Source: Vulcanimicrobiota bacterium (GTDB taxonomy: Bacteria > Vulcanimicrobiota > Xenobia > Xenobiales > JADMJV01). Taken from it: a stretch of 64,000 nt of DNA. The position numbers were made by a program, and so were the translations under genes. The stretch spans positions 1,032,008 through 1,096,007 of the forward strand of contig JBFWNU010000001.1 of assembly GCA_050250895.1 (NCBI GenBank). Direction: 5' to 3'. Shown here in pieces: positions 38,793 to 47,900 of the stretch. Numbering within the stretch: the first letter of the stretch is position 1; every line of letters begins with the position of its first letter. The notes under the pieces were generated by a model. It did no database searches, was not told the DNA's origin, and worked only from the letters and a program-made list of their open reading frames with translations.

Positions 38793-41700
38793 GTGAGGCG
38801 ACCACGGATTTTTGCTCTAATGCTGGGACTGCTGTTGCTGGGCCTGGCTGTCCCCCCCTATGGACAAACCTTCACCCCTCGCGCCGGCCAGCGTGGCTAC
38901 GGCCTGACCGTCTTTTCGGGCACCACCGTCACCCGCTTTGACGTGACCGTGCTGGGGGTCGCCCGGCGTGCCCTGCGCGGCAGCGACATGGTCCTGATTC
39001 GCATCGACAACTCGGTGCTAAATCGCCACCACACCGGAGTGGTAGCCGGAATGAGCGGGTCTCCGGTTTATATCGACGGCCAGTTGATCGGGGCCATCGG
39101 TTACGGCTGGACCGGCTCCCAGGAGCCCATCGGGGGCGTGACCCCCCTGCCCAGCATGCTGGCCGACCTGCCTCTCGCTGAAAGCCAGACTGGGGGCCGC
39201 CTTGAACAACCCCTGCGCGTGGCCGGCCAGACCTATGACCAGGTGACCATCAGCCCTAAACCCGACGCGGTGGGTTCAAGCACCCTCAACCTGACCCCGG
39301 TGGCCAGCCTGGTTCAGGCTAACGGAATCGGACCCGAGGCCCTGAGGTTCTTGAGCGGACAGCTCGAACCCCTGGGCATGCAGACTCTGGCCGCCAGCGG
39401 CTCGGGCCGGCGCAGCGGCGCAGGGATCCCCCGGCTGGTGCCGGGATCGGCAGTAGGCATCCAACTCATCGACGGAGACATCGACCTGGCCAGCACCGGC
39501 ACCCTGACCTGGCGCCAGGGTGACAAGGTCCTCGCCTTTGGCCACAGCCTGGCCCAGTTGGGACCGGTGCGACTGCCCATGACGGCCGCCACCATCAACA
39601 CGATCCACCCCAGCTACGAGCGCTCCTGGAAGATGGCCACCCAGCTGGGATTGGTGGGCGAGATCAACAACGATCGCTTCCACGCCGTGGCCGGTCGCCT
39701 TCACGCTCCCTCGCAGATGCTGCCCGCCACCTTCGCCATCTCGGGCTCACCCCCATTCCGGGTGAAGGTAGCCCAGCATCCGATGCTGACCCCCGGGCTA
39801 CTGGCCACTTCAGCCCTGGAAGCGATGGCCACTCGGGTCACCGACAACGAGGACACCACCGCCCGAGTGAGCTTCCACTTCAAGGTCGAAGGGCGCGAAC
39901 CCGTCACCCTCACCACCATGGCCAGCGGCAAAGACATCAGCAAAGAGGTGGCCGCGGATCTATCGGCGTTGCTGTCCCCCCTGGTCAACAACCCCCTCGA
40001 GCCCGTCACCCTCGAGTCGCTGTCCACCGAAATTCGCCTCGAGCCGGGCCGAAAGACCGCCCGGGTCACCCGCATCAGCACCGACAAGGACCGCTATCGT
40101 CCCGGTGAGGTGGTCAAGCTCGAGGTCGAGTTGACACCCTTCGGGCAACGCCCCCGCCTCGAGCATTTCGAACTGCCTATTCCCGAGGATGCCAGCAAGG
40201 GTCGAGCAAAACTGGCCGTGGGCGGAGGAGCCAGCCAGTCGACTCTGTTAAAGACGGTGGGATTCAGCCAGCCCGCTCCGACGTCCGTCGACTCTCTGCT
40301 CGACTATTTCAAGGACCTGTCGCCAAGCAATTCGCTCGTGGCTGCCCTGGGAGCCGGCCCCGACGAGTTGGCCGTGCACGGGCGACCCTTGCCAGAACTG
40401 CCGCCCGCCCAGCGCGCCTGGCTGAGCAGTCTAGAGAATCGTTGGCTGACCACCACCCACCCCGCTATTCGCCGAGCCCGCCCTCTGGACTGGGTCATCG
40501 AGGGAAGTGAAACCGCCACCATCGAAGTGCTGGCCGCCCCCAGCCTGGCCATCGAGCCACTCTTTGAAGAAAAGAAGAAAGCCGCCACGGCCACGTCCAA
40601 GACGCCGGCTGAAAACCAGCTCATCCAGTTGCCGGGCGGAGGCTACCGAATCTCGGTCAACAGCTATGAAGATTTGCGCGCCGGCGAGTTGCACGGGCTC
40701 GGGCTCGAGGCCCAGGGCGGCCTCTCCCCCGGCGTGGCCCCCAGCCCGCTGGGGGCCCCCCTGGCCGAGGTGGCCACTGCCCTGATCAGCGACGGTCAGA
40801 CCGTGGACGTAGGCTGGACCGGTGGCCAGGTGTGGGCCGGCCACCAACGCCTCGAGACCGGCCAGGGCATGGTCACCGCCCTGCTGCGCGACGGCCCCGA
40901 CCTTTGGGTGGCCACTTCGCCGGGAGCTCGCCTGCTGCGCTTTCGCGAGGGTGAGCTGGCTCAGACGGTGGAACTGCCGTCCACCTACGTGTGGGGTCTG
41001 TGCTCGGCCCCAGAAGGCGGCTTGCTGATCGCCTGCGGGCGGCCGGGGGGGCTCTACAGCCTCAAGGCCGACGGTAAGCCGCGCCTGGTTTGCCCGGCCG
41101 ACGACCAGCATGTTAGCGCCCTGGTGCGCCATCAGCAAGAGGTCTACTTCGGAACCTCGCCGGCCGGACTGCTGTGGAAGCTCACCCCGGCCGGGCCCAG
41201 CCGGGTCGGGTTGTATCAGGGGGGGATCGGCGCCCTGACCTGGCATGCCGACGAACTGCTGGTGGGGGCCGGTCAGGCCCTCTATCGCGTCGATGGTTCG
41301 CGTATTCCCCTGCCCGACGCCAGCGTGGTGGCGCTCGCCTCACAGGGTGGGCAGGTCTGGGCCGCCACCAGTCGGGGTCTGTTCCGGGTGGACCCCGAGG
41401 CCGGCACCTATCGGTTGCTGAGCAAAAACCCCTCTGCCACCCTGGCGGCCGAGACCGGGGCCACTCTGGAAGGGTCGAACCGGCTGATGCGCTGGTCGGC
41501 CAGCTCCAACGGCACTTATGAATCCAAGGTGCTCGACGCCACCCGCCAGTCCCGCTGGGGAAACCTGCGCTGGCAGGCCGACCCCCCGGCAAGCCAGATG
41601 GTGGTGCGCACTCGCAGCGGACCCACCCCCCAGCCAGACAGTAGCTGGAGCGACTGGTCCAGCCCACTATTGGCGGCCAGCGGCAGCCCGATCACTTCAC

Positions 41701-42326
41701 CGCCGGCCCGCTATTTGCAGCTTCAGGCTCAGCTGACCCAGGGAGCCCTGGAGAGCTTCGACGTGACCTTCAAGCCCGAGCGCGGCCAACCCCGGGCGAC
41801 CTTTGTCGAACCGGCCGGAGGAGAGTGCTGGGGAGGGGTGCGGACTATCCGCTGGAAGCTCGAACAGGGCAGCGCCGAGGGCCTCAGCTATCGCCTCGAG
41901 GCCTCGCTCGATGGCCGCGACTGGAGGTCGTTGGGCGCACCCCGCCCGGTCGAAGACCGCGACCCCGAATTTCGCTGGGCCACCGCCAGTCTGGCCGATG
42001 GGTCTTACCAGCTCCGTCTGACCCTGTTCGAAGGCCAGGAGCAGCTGGCCCAGAGCCTATCCAAGCGCGTCTATGTCTCGAATACCCCTCCCCAGGTCGC
42101 CTGGCTGGGAGGCGGCAAGGGCGTGGCCACCACCCGCGGCCCGGTGGCCATCGTCGAGGTACTCTATCGGGCCCGCGGACAGAGATGGCAGCTGGCTCGA
42201 GCCCGCGACGGCCTGTTTGATTCCTCACGCGAAGAGTTTCTGGTCCCCCTCCCCAGCGGCACTGAAGTGGAGCTGGAAATTCGCGACGAGACGGGCCAGA
42301 AAACCACGCTGTCACGCCAAATCTAG
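38793..42326 (+). CDS. SpoIVB (S55) peptidase fused to a beta-propeller and Ig/FN3-like domains
   Basis: GVVAGMSGSPVYIDG..IGA and AFGH motifs; C-terminal propeller repeats; start uncertain. Confidence 0.85.
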   Translation: MRRPRIFALMLGLLLLGLAVPPYGQTFTPRAGQRGYGLTVFSGTTVTRFDVTVLGVARRALRGSDMVLIRIDNSVLNRHHTGVVAGMSGSPVYIDGQLIGAIGYGWTGSQEPIGGVTPLPSMLADLPLAESQTGGRLEQPLRVAGQTYDQVTISPKPDAVGSSTLNLTPVASLVQANGIGPEALRFLSGQLEPLGMQTLAASGSGRRSGAGIPRLVPGSAVGIQLIDGDIDLASTGTLTWRQGDKVLAFGHSLAQLGPVRLPMTAATINTIHPSYERSWKMATQLGLVGEINNDRFHAVAGRLHAPSQMLPATFAISGSPPFRVKVAQHPMLTPGLLATSALEAMATRVTDNEDTTARVSFHFKVEGREPVTLTTMASGKDISKEVAADLSALLSPLVNNPLEPVTLESLSTEIRLEPGRKTARVTRISTDKDRYRPGEVVKLEVELTPFGQRPRLEHFELPIPEDASKGRAKLAVGGGASQSTLLKTVGFSQPAPTSVDSLLDYFKDLSPSNSLVAALGAGPDELAVHGRPLPELPPAQRAWLSSLENRWLTTTHPAIRRARPLDWVIEGSETATIEVLAAPSLAIEPLFEEKKKAATATSKTPAENQLIQLPGGGYRISVNSYEDLRAGELHGLGLEAQGGLSPGVAPSPLGAPLAEVATALISDGQTVDVGWTGGQVWAGHQRLETGQGMVTALLRDGPDLWVATSPGARLLRFREGELAQTVELPSTYVWGLCSAPEGGLLIACGRPGGLYSLKADGKPRLVCPADDQHVSALVRHQQEVYFGTSPAGLLWKLTPAGPSRVGLYQGGIGALTWHADELLVGAGQALYRVDGSRIPLPDASVVALASQGGQVWAATSRGLFRVDPEAGTYRLLSKNPSATLAAETGATLEGSNRLMRWSASSNGTYESKVLDATRQSRWGNLRWQADPPASQMVVRTRSGPTPQPDSSWSDWSSPLLAASGSPITSPPARYLQLQAQLTQGALESFDVTFKPERGQPRATFVEPAGGECWGGVRTIRWKLEQGSAEGLSYRLEASLDGRDWRSLGAPRPVEDRDPEFRWATASLADGSYQLRLTLFEGQEQLAQSLSKRVYVSNTPPQVAWLGGGKGVATTRGPVAIVEVLYRARGQRWQLARARDGLFDSSREEFLVPLPSGTEVELEIRDETGQKTTLSRQI

Positions 42327-42414
42327 CCCGCCGGGGGGCTTCCCCAGCCAGACAGGAAGGCCGGTCACCTCGTGGAAAGCGACTCCGAGATAGAACTTTT
42401 TTCAAGGAGTGACC

Positions 42415-43023
42415 ATGGCCCACGAAATCAATCTCAAGGAAGCGGTCAAGCTCTCGGGCAAATCCGAGAAGACCTTGCGCCGTAAAATCGAGGCGGGCCT
42501 GTTACAGGGCCGCCGCGAGGATCTCGAATACGGTGGCTTCATGTGGCTCATCGATCTGACTTCGCTGGAGGAGCTGTACCCCGGGTCAGCACCCAGGGCG
42601 ATGCTAGAAATCGAGAGCCCGGACGAGCCCCCGCCGACCAGGCTGGAGCCCACCCCCAGCAGCGCCGTCACCCCGGCGCAGGCCGAAGAAGCCCCGCCTG
42701 TCCCGCCGTCCAACCAGCAATTCTTCGACTATCTGCTCGAAGAGAACCGCAACCTCAAAGAAGAAGTTCGCCAACGCGACGCCCGCATCACCTCGATGCA
42801 GGAGGCGCAGGCGCGTCTCGAGCGTTCGTTGGGCGAACAACAAGGGACGGCTGCCACCCAGAGCCGGGTGCTGGAGTGGTTTCAGCAACAAGAGCGACCG
42901 GCTCTGCCCCCCGGGCCCCAGGACGTGCCGTCTCAAGAACCCTCGGGCGCGGTGTCGGCGGGTACCGGCCTGCTGGTTCTGATCGCCCTGACCGTCGGCG
43001 GATTGCTTTCTTACCTCTTCTGA
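42415..43023 (+). CDS. HTH - coiled coil - C-terminal TM protein
   Basis: LKEAVKLSGKSEKTLRRKIEAG HTH, heptad region, hydrophobic tail; RBS AAGGAG. Confidence 0.8.
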   Translation: MAHEINLKEAVKLSGKSEKTLRRKIEAGLLQGRREDLEYGGFMWLIDLTSLEELYPGSAPRAMLEIESPDEPPPTRLEPTPSSAVTPAQAEEAPPVPPSNQQFFDYLLEENRNLKEEVRQRDARITSMQEAQARLERSLGEQQGTAATQSRVLEWFQQQERPALPPGPQDVPSQEPSGAVSAGTGLLVLIALTVGGLLSYLF

Positions 43024-43027
43024 CCGG

Positions 43028-43066
43028 AAAAAAAGGAGGCGCCCGGCGGGGCGCCTCTTTTTTTTT
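43028..43066. terminator. Bidirectional intrinsic terminator
   Basis: A-run, GAGGCGCCC...GGGCGCCTC hairpin, T-run, between convergent genes. Confidence 0.9.
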
Positions 43067-43107
43067 GGCTGGATGATGACGTCGGTTTTGTTCGAGGTTT
43101 TGTTCGA

Positions 43108-43749
43108 TTACCGGGCCGATCGAAACGACTCCTGAAGGAAGGGGTTGCTCCGCATCTCTGCCTCGACCGTAGTCGCCGGTCCGTGCCCCGGATAAAGACG
43201 GCACCCTTTGCCCAAAGGCACGATCTTATCCCAAATCGAGCCCAAAAGTGTCTTCAAATCGCCGCCCGGAAGGTCGGTTCGGCCTATAGATCCCGCGAAA
43301 ATGACATCTCCAGAGAACGCCAGGCCCTCGGAAACCAGCGTCACCGAGCCCGGAGAGTGTCCGGGCGTATGCAGGATCTCAAACCAGAGGGTTCCGGCTT
43401 CGACCCGCTGGCCCGCCTCGAGGGTTCCGTCGATTCTGGGCACCGGCCCCGGTGGCAAGCCGAACATGGCGGCCTGCTGCGGCGCTGCTTGCGCCATCTG
43501 GTGGTCATCGGGATGCAAAAGCATCGGGACCTTCAGTTCTTGGTGCAGGTCTTCGGCAAAGGCCACGTGATCGATGTGGCCGTGCGTCAGCAAGATATAG
43601 TGGACTTTGAGTTTCTCTTGGCGAATCTCGGTCAGGAGACTGTCGATCTCGTCTCCCGGGTCGATCACCACCGCGTCTTTGGTGGCAGGGTCAAAGACCA
43701 GATAGGCGTTCATTTGAAATGGCCCGACGGGCCGTTGGCGTATTTCCAT
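43108..43749 (-). CDS. MBL-fold metallo-hydrolase (YcbL/glyoxalase II-like)
   Basis: THGHIDH, HTPGHSPG, FSGDVIF..GRTDL, YPGHG. Confidence 0.93.
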   Translation of the reverse strand: MEIRQRPVGPFQMNAYLVFDPATKDAVVIDPGDEIDSLLTEIRQEKLKVHYILLTHGHIDHVAFAEDLHQELKVPMLLHPDDHQMAQAAPQQAAMFGLPPGPVPRIDGTLEAGQRVEAGTLWFEILHTPGHSPGSVTLVSEGLAFSGDVIFAGSIGRTDLPGGDLKTLLGSIWDKIVPLGKGCRLYPGHGPATTVEAEMRSNPFLQESFRSAR

Positions 43750-43819
43750 ACCCGCTTGTCCCACCTCGAGCTCGGGAAGTCCTGCAGGAGCGCGTGGTGC
43801 CGGTTCGGAAACGGCCGGC

Positions 43820-44656
43820 ATGTCAGGACCTCTGCTAGGCGCCCACGTGTCCACCGCCGGCGGCCACCACAAGTGCTTCGAGCGAGCCGCCGAGCTGGGC
43901 TGCGAAGCCCTGCAAATCTTCACGCGAGCGCCCGGTCGCTGGCAGGGTCCGGCCCTGACGGCCGGGGGCATCCAGCAATTTCACGAGCAACGCGCTCACT
44001 ACGGATCTCTGCCCGTCATCGCCCACGACATCTACCTTTCGAACCTGGCGGCGGCCGATGAGGTGATCCGCCAACGCTCGATCCAGTCGATGCTCACCGA
44101 GTTGGACCGTTGCCAGGCCCTTGGAATCGACGGCCTGGTCTGCCATATGGGCTCGCACAGTAACGAAGAGGAAGGTCTCAACCGTTACAGCCAGGCCATC
44201 TCCGAGATTCTGAGCAAAACGGAAGGCTGCCCCATCCTATTAGAAACCACGGCCGGACAAGGAACTTGCCTGGGGCATCGTCTCGAGCATCTGGCCCACG
44301 TCATCCAAGCCAATCAGGGACACCCGCGCCTGGGTGTCTGCCTCGACACCTGCCATGTCTTCGCAGCCGGCTACGACTTACGCGAGCCGGCTGCCTATGA
44401 GGCCTTCTGGTCAGAATTCGAAACCGTGGTCGGGCTCGACCGCCTGAAAGCCCTACACCTGAACGACTCCAAGAAGCCGTTGGCCAGCCGAGTCGACCGC
44501 CACGCCCACATCGGCCAGGGCGAAATTGGGGCCAACGCCTTTCGTCTGCTGGTCAATGACTCCCGCCTGAAAGGGCTGCCCATGCTGCTGGAAACGGCCG
44601 AAGCGGACGGCATGCATCGGGTCAACCTCGACCTGCTGAAAAGCTACAGAACCTAA
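43820..44656 (+). CDS. nfo: Endonuclease IV
   Basis: GAHVS, LLETTAGQG, CLDTCHVFAAGYD, HLNDSK..DRH. Confidence 0.96.
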   Translation: MSGPLLGAHVSTAGGHHKCFERAAELGCEALQIFTRAPGRWQGPALTAGGIQQFHEQRAHYGSLPVIAHDIYLSNLAAADEVIRQRSIQSMLTELDRCQALGIDGLVCHMGSHSNEEEGLNRYSQAISEILSKTEGCPILLETTAGQGTCLGHRLEHLAHVIQANQGHPRLGVCLDTCHVFAAGYDLREPAAYEAFWSEFETVVGLDRLKALHLNDSKKPLASRVDRHAHIGQGEIGANAFRLLVNDSRLKGLPMLLETAEADGMHRVNLDLLKSYRT

Positions 44657-45165
44657 CCCTTTTTGCGTCGTTTGCGCGATTTGGGGGCCCGTCCCTCGAG
44701 CACCTCTCGCAGCAGATCCAACAGTGAGCGGACGGCTCGCGTCGAATCCCCCGGCAAAAGACGCTCGAGGGCGTCAGCCGCCAGGGGTGTCACCTGGTCG
44801 CGAATCTCGGCCAACCGCTCGGCCGCGAAATCCGAGCGCGACTTCCAGCGGTGGTCGCGCGTATCCCAAAACGCATCCTCGGGGTCGTAGTAGAAGGGGG
44901 GCTGCAACTGGCCGAGCTTCTCCTTGAGAGAGGGCACGGTGAATCCCTGATCCACGATCATGGCCTTGATGAACCGCAGTTCTACCAGATCGTAGGTGGT
45001 GTAGCGCCGGCTGCGCCCATCCATCGGCAGTTCGGGATTGAGCAAGCCCTGACTTTCCCAGTATTGAATCATTCGAGTGGTGATCCCCAGGGCCCGGGCC
45101 GCGTCCGACTGGGAAAGATAGAGGAGGGCTCCCTCGAAAAGATCAAGTTGACGATCCTGTGGCAT
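44653..45165 (-). CDS. MerR-family HTH regulator with N-terminal QLDLF motif
   Basis: AARALGITTRMIQYWESQGLL..RRYTTYDL; basic C-terminal tail; start 45165 or 45177. Confidence 0.88.
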   Translation of the reverse strand: MPQDRQLDLFEGALLYLSQSDAARALGITTRMIQYWESQGLLNPELPMDGRSRRYTTYDLVELRFIKAMIVDQGFTVPSLKEKLGQLQPPFYYDPEDAFWDTRDHRWKSRSDFAAERLAEIRDQVTPLAADALERLLPGDSTRAVRSLLDLLREVLEGRAPKSRKRRKKG

Positions 45166-45227
45166 GCGACGAAGCATCCCGGATCAGTTCGCCCATCACT
45201 CCGAAATTCTTCCAAATGGTCCCTTAG

Positions 45228-45258
45228 TTATCCCGTTATCCACAAAATTTGTGGATAA
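45228..45258. promoter_or_regulatory. Inverted pair of perfect DnaA boxes plus one degenerate box
   Basis: TTATCCACA 45236-45244, TGTGGATAA 45250-45258, TTATCCCGT 45228-45236. Confidence 0.85.
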
Positions 45259-45294
45259 GTTGCAAAACTTGTTTAAAATCGAACAGTAGTTGGC

Positions 45295-45323
45295 TTGACA
45301 GTTCTTCAAGGGGGAACTAGAAT
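45295..45323 (+). promoter_or_regulatory. Near-consensus sigma70 promoter
   Basis: TTGACA-N17-TAGAAT. Confidence 0.85.
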
Positions 45324-45329
45324 GAGGCT

Positions 45330-45470
45330 ATCGATGGAGTGAGTTCGACAAGACCAACTTCCCTACGCGACGGGAGTCCTCTGAATTAACTGGTCAAGTT
45401 CCTCAACCTGGTCGAACTACTGGTTCCTCCACGTGATTCGCTCCGCCCTCGAAAGGGGGCGTTTTTTTTT
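45330..45470 (+). ncRNA. Unassigned structured non-coding RNA (~140 nt)
   Basis: Lies between the promoter and a CGCCCTC-GAAA-GGGGGCG-T9 terminator; nested complementary segments; no credible ORF. Confidence 0.7.
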
Positions 45471-45494
45471 GCCCAAATGACGCTGAGCGTCCGA

Positions 45495-47897
45495 CTATTG
45501 GCGCGAGCCTTTTTGGCGACGCAACAAAAGGGGAGCCGGGATGCGAGATACGCGCGGCGGAGGAGCCTCGGGGAAGTCGCTATCGGGAGGCACCGACGAC
45601 GGCGGCGGCTCGGCCGGCCGGCTCGGAGCACGGCGGGGCAGACTGCCAGGGCTGGCGGGGCTGGGGGGAGCGGCACTGGGAGTGAACGGTTCGAACTCGC
45701 TCTGACGCGAGAGGGAAGCCGGCGTAAACTCCTTGGCTTGACCGGCCATGTAGGCGGCCGGAGGTGGAGCCGCCGGCTCTGGCTCGACCTCGTTCTTGGC
45801 CAGCGGCCGCGGCTTGAACGTCGGTCCGGGCTTCGGGGGCGGAGCACCAAACACCCGACCCGAGGTGGGACGATCGGGAAACGGACCCGGCCGAGCCGCA
45901 GGGGGTTGCGAAGGAGCCTGACCAAAAGCGGAGGCTGCGGGGGTGGCCGGCGCGGCCGGAGAACTGGGAGCCACTGGCTCGAGAGACGTCGCGCGCCGCG
46001 GGAAAGCCCCTTCGGCAGTCTCGGCCGAAACCGTCGGGAAGACGCTGGGAGGGGGGGTCAGCGGAGCCACCGGCGCGCGGACGGGCGGTGCTGGCGGCGC
46101 CACCGGGATGGCCCGATCCGGCCGAATGCGGCTCGAAAACCGCAAGCAGCCGGCCCGATCGTGATGAAGCTCGAAGGCCACGTCGCCCTCACCCTGGACC
46201 AGCCATTCCAGGTGCAGTCGTTGCTGCTCGTCGACACCCTCGAACCAGACCGCATCCTGAGACCGGACCAGATGAGCCGTGCTCGAGCCGGCCAACTGAC
46301 CGACTCGCACCACCGCTTGACCCATCAACAAAGAGACATCATCAGCCGGGGCGACCCGAACCTCGAGCGGGGCCACACTGCCGTCCTGAAGCGCCCGGCG
46401 CGTTACCCAGGTCGAAAGAAACCCCTGATTCTCGAGTTCGACACGAATGCGGCGCAAAGGTTGACGGTCGGCTCCGCCCTCAGCCCCCCCGCCGGCGTTG
46501 CGAGCCCCAAAATTGGGAGATTCGTTGACGCGGACGGCCCGCCCGCCCTCGGTATAGCCCAGCACGGCATCGTCGACTCTATGAACGGCCAGTCGGGGAC
46601 AGGTCGCTGCCAGCGCCATCACCAGCTTGGCGTATTTGTCCATCTCGGCCTTGAGCAAAGGGCCCGGAGGTGGGTTCAACCAGGTATTGAGAACATCCCA
46701 ACCGCCGATTTCCACTGGCCCCAATTGAGGGTGTTCGAAAGGACGCCAGGCGGTGAAGCCGCGCCCTTCGCACTCGCGATCCAGCCAGCGCAACACGGTG
46801 ACATTTTCGATCTCGGAGCGTGAGCCGAGCAAGCGGCTGGGCTCACTGACGTCAAGGCCGGCCGCCCGGGGCAGGCACCAGAGTTGACAGCGAAACGCTA
46901 GCACTCCAGTGCTTTCGTAGATCCAATCCTGGAAACTGCCGTTGCGTCGCAACTCGGTGGCCCCTTCCGAAGCCGCCTGCTCGAAGCTATAGCCACTGAC
47001 TTCGGCCATTCTCGAGCCGAGCATCTCGTAGAGCTCGGCATCCTCCGCGGGCATGCTGCGAGCACCGGCCTGGGGCTGCAAAATCATGCCCCCGAACGTG
47101 TGGCAACTCAGGGCACAAAACAGATTGGGGTGGGTCCGGAAAAAGTCGGCGATGGCACGGGTCTCGGACTCGGAGAGAGGGAACGGTCCTCCACCTCGGT
47201 TCTCGACGTCGTGCTTCCACTGGAAGGGGAAGTTCTCGTCAAAATCGAGCCGAAAGCGGTCGGCAGCCAGCTGCACAGGGCCGCTCGCCCCCCCCTCGAT
47301 GTAGCCCTCGCGATACAGACGATAAAACGGGCCCTCCCGGTCGTCGGGAGCCCGGCGCACCAGCAGACGGGGGTCACGCTTGGACACCTTCCACTCGCCC
47401 AGTGGGTCCTGGATCCGCATCTGCCGGATCCAGCCGTCGCCATCCACGTCGGCCGGCACCAGCCCGCGTGGATTCTCTTCAAACGGATAGGGGCGAGTGG
47501 CCGAGCGAATCAACTCACCCCGGGTCAGGCAGCGTTCGGCCGCGTCGGGCGAGAGCCGAGGGCAGATGTAGAACGTGCAGTTATCGAGTAAATCGGTGAC
47601 GAACTCGTCGCGCCCATGGGCCGAGGCCAGCACTCTGAGCACTTCCAGGCACGCCATCGAACTGGCGAGCTCGGGGGCGTGGAGATTGCCATCCAGCCAG
47701 ATGGCCGGCTTCTCGAGACCCTCTCGAGTGCCCCGATTGGTGACCTCGGCCAGCAACAGGGGGCGACCCTCATAGGAAGAGCCGATCGTAAACAGACGAA
47801 CTAGATGAGGAACCGCCTGCTCGACAGCCCTCAGATACTCGGCCAGACCCTGGTAAGAGAGATACCGGTCGCTATCGAGGGGGGGTACGACAGGCAA
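45495..47897 (-). CDS. M14 zinc carboxypeptidase with Pro-rich C-terminal tail
   Basis: IGSSYEGR, DGNLHAPE, ENFP, GPFPLSESETRA, SCHT. Confidence 0.88.
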   Translation of the reverse strand: MPVVPPLDSDRYLSYQGLAEYLRAVEQAVPHLVRLFTIGSSYEGRPLLLAEVTNRGTREGLEKPAIWLDGNLHAPELASSMACLEVLRVLASAHGRDEFVTDLLDNCTFYICPRLSPDAAERCLTRGELIRSATRPYPFEENPRGLVPADVDGDGWIRQMRIQDPLGEWKVSKRDPRLLVRRAPDDREGPFYRLYREGYIEGGASGPVQLAADRFRLDFDENFPFQWKHDVENRGGGPFPLSESETRAIADFFRTHPNLFCALSCHTFGGMILQPQAGARSMPAEDAELYEMLGSRMAEVSGYSFEQAASEGATELRRNGSFQDWIYESTGVLAFRCQLWCLPRAAGLDVSEPSRLLGSRSEIENVTVLRWLDRECEGRGFTAWRPFEHPQLGPVEIGGWDVLNTWLNPPPGPLLKAEMDKYAKLVMALAATCPRLAVHRVDDAVLGYTEGGRAVRVNESPNFGARNAGGGAEGGADRQPLRRIRVELENQGFLSTWVTRRALQDGSVAPLEVRVAPADDVSLLMGQAVVRVGQLAGSSTAHLVRSQDAVWFEGVDEQQRLHLEWLVQGEGDVAFELHHDRAGCLRFSSRIRPDRAIPVAPPAPPVRAPVAPLTPPPSVFPTVSAETAEGAFPRRATSLEPVAPSSPAAPATPAASAFGQAPSQPPAARPGPFPDRPTSGRVFGAPPPKPGPTFKPRPLAKNEVEPEPAAPPPAAYMAGQAKEFTPASLSRQSEFEPFTPSAAPPSPASPGSLPRRAPSRPAEPPPSSVPPDSDFPEAPPPRVSRIPAPLLLRRQKGSRQ

Positions 47898-47900
47898 GGG

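Noticed and set aside
43819-43822. Shared CATG start for divergent nfo and the MBL hydrolase
   Set aside because: ATG 43749 gives a family-typical N-terminus for the hydrolase; the overlap is probably coincidental
45228-45290. Chromosomal oriC
   Set aside because: Only two perfect DnaA boxes, a short AT-rich stretch and no dnaA/dnaN nearby; treated as regulatory, though not excluded without GC skew
45330-45470. 6S RNA identity for the 45.3-kb RNA
   Set aside because: Body is only ~110 nt with no symmetric central bubble; the 52-kb element fits 6S better
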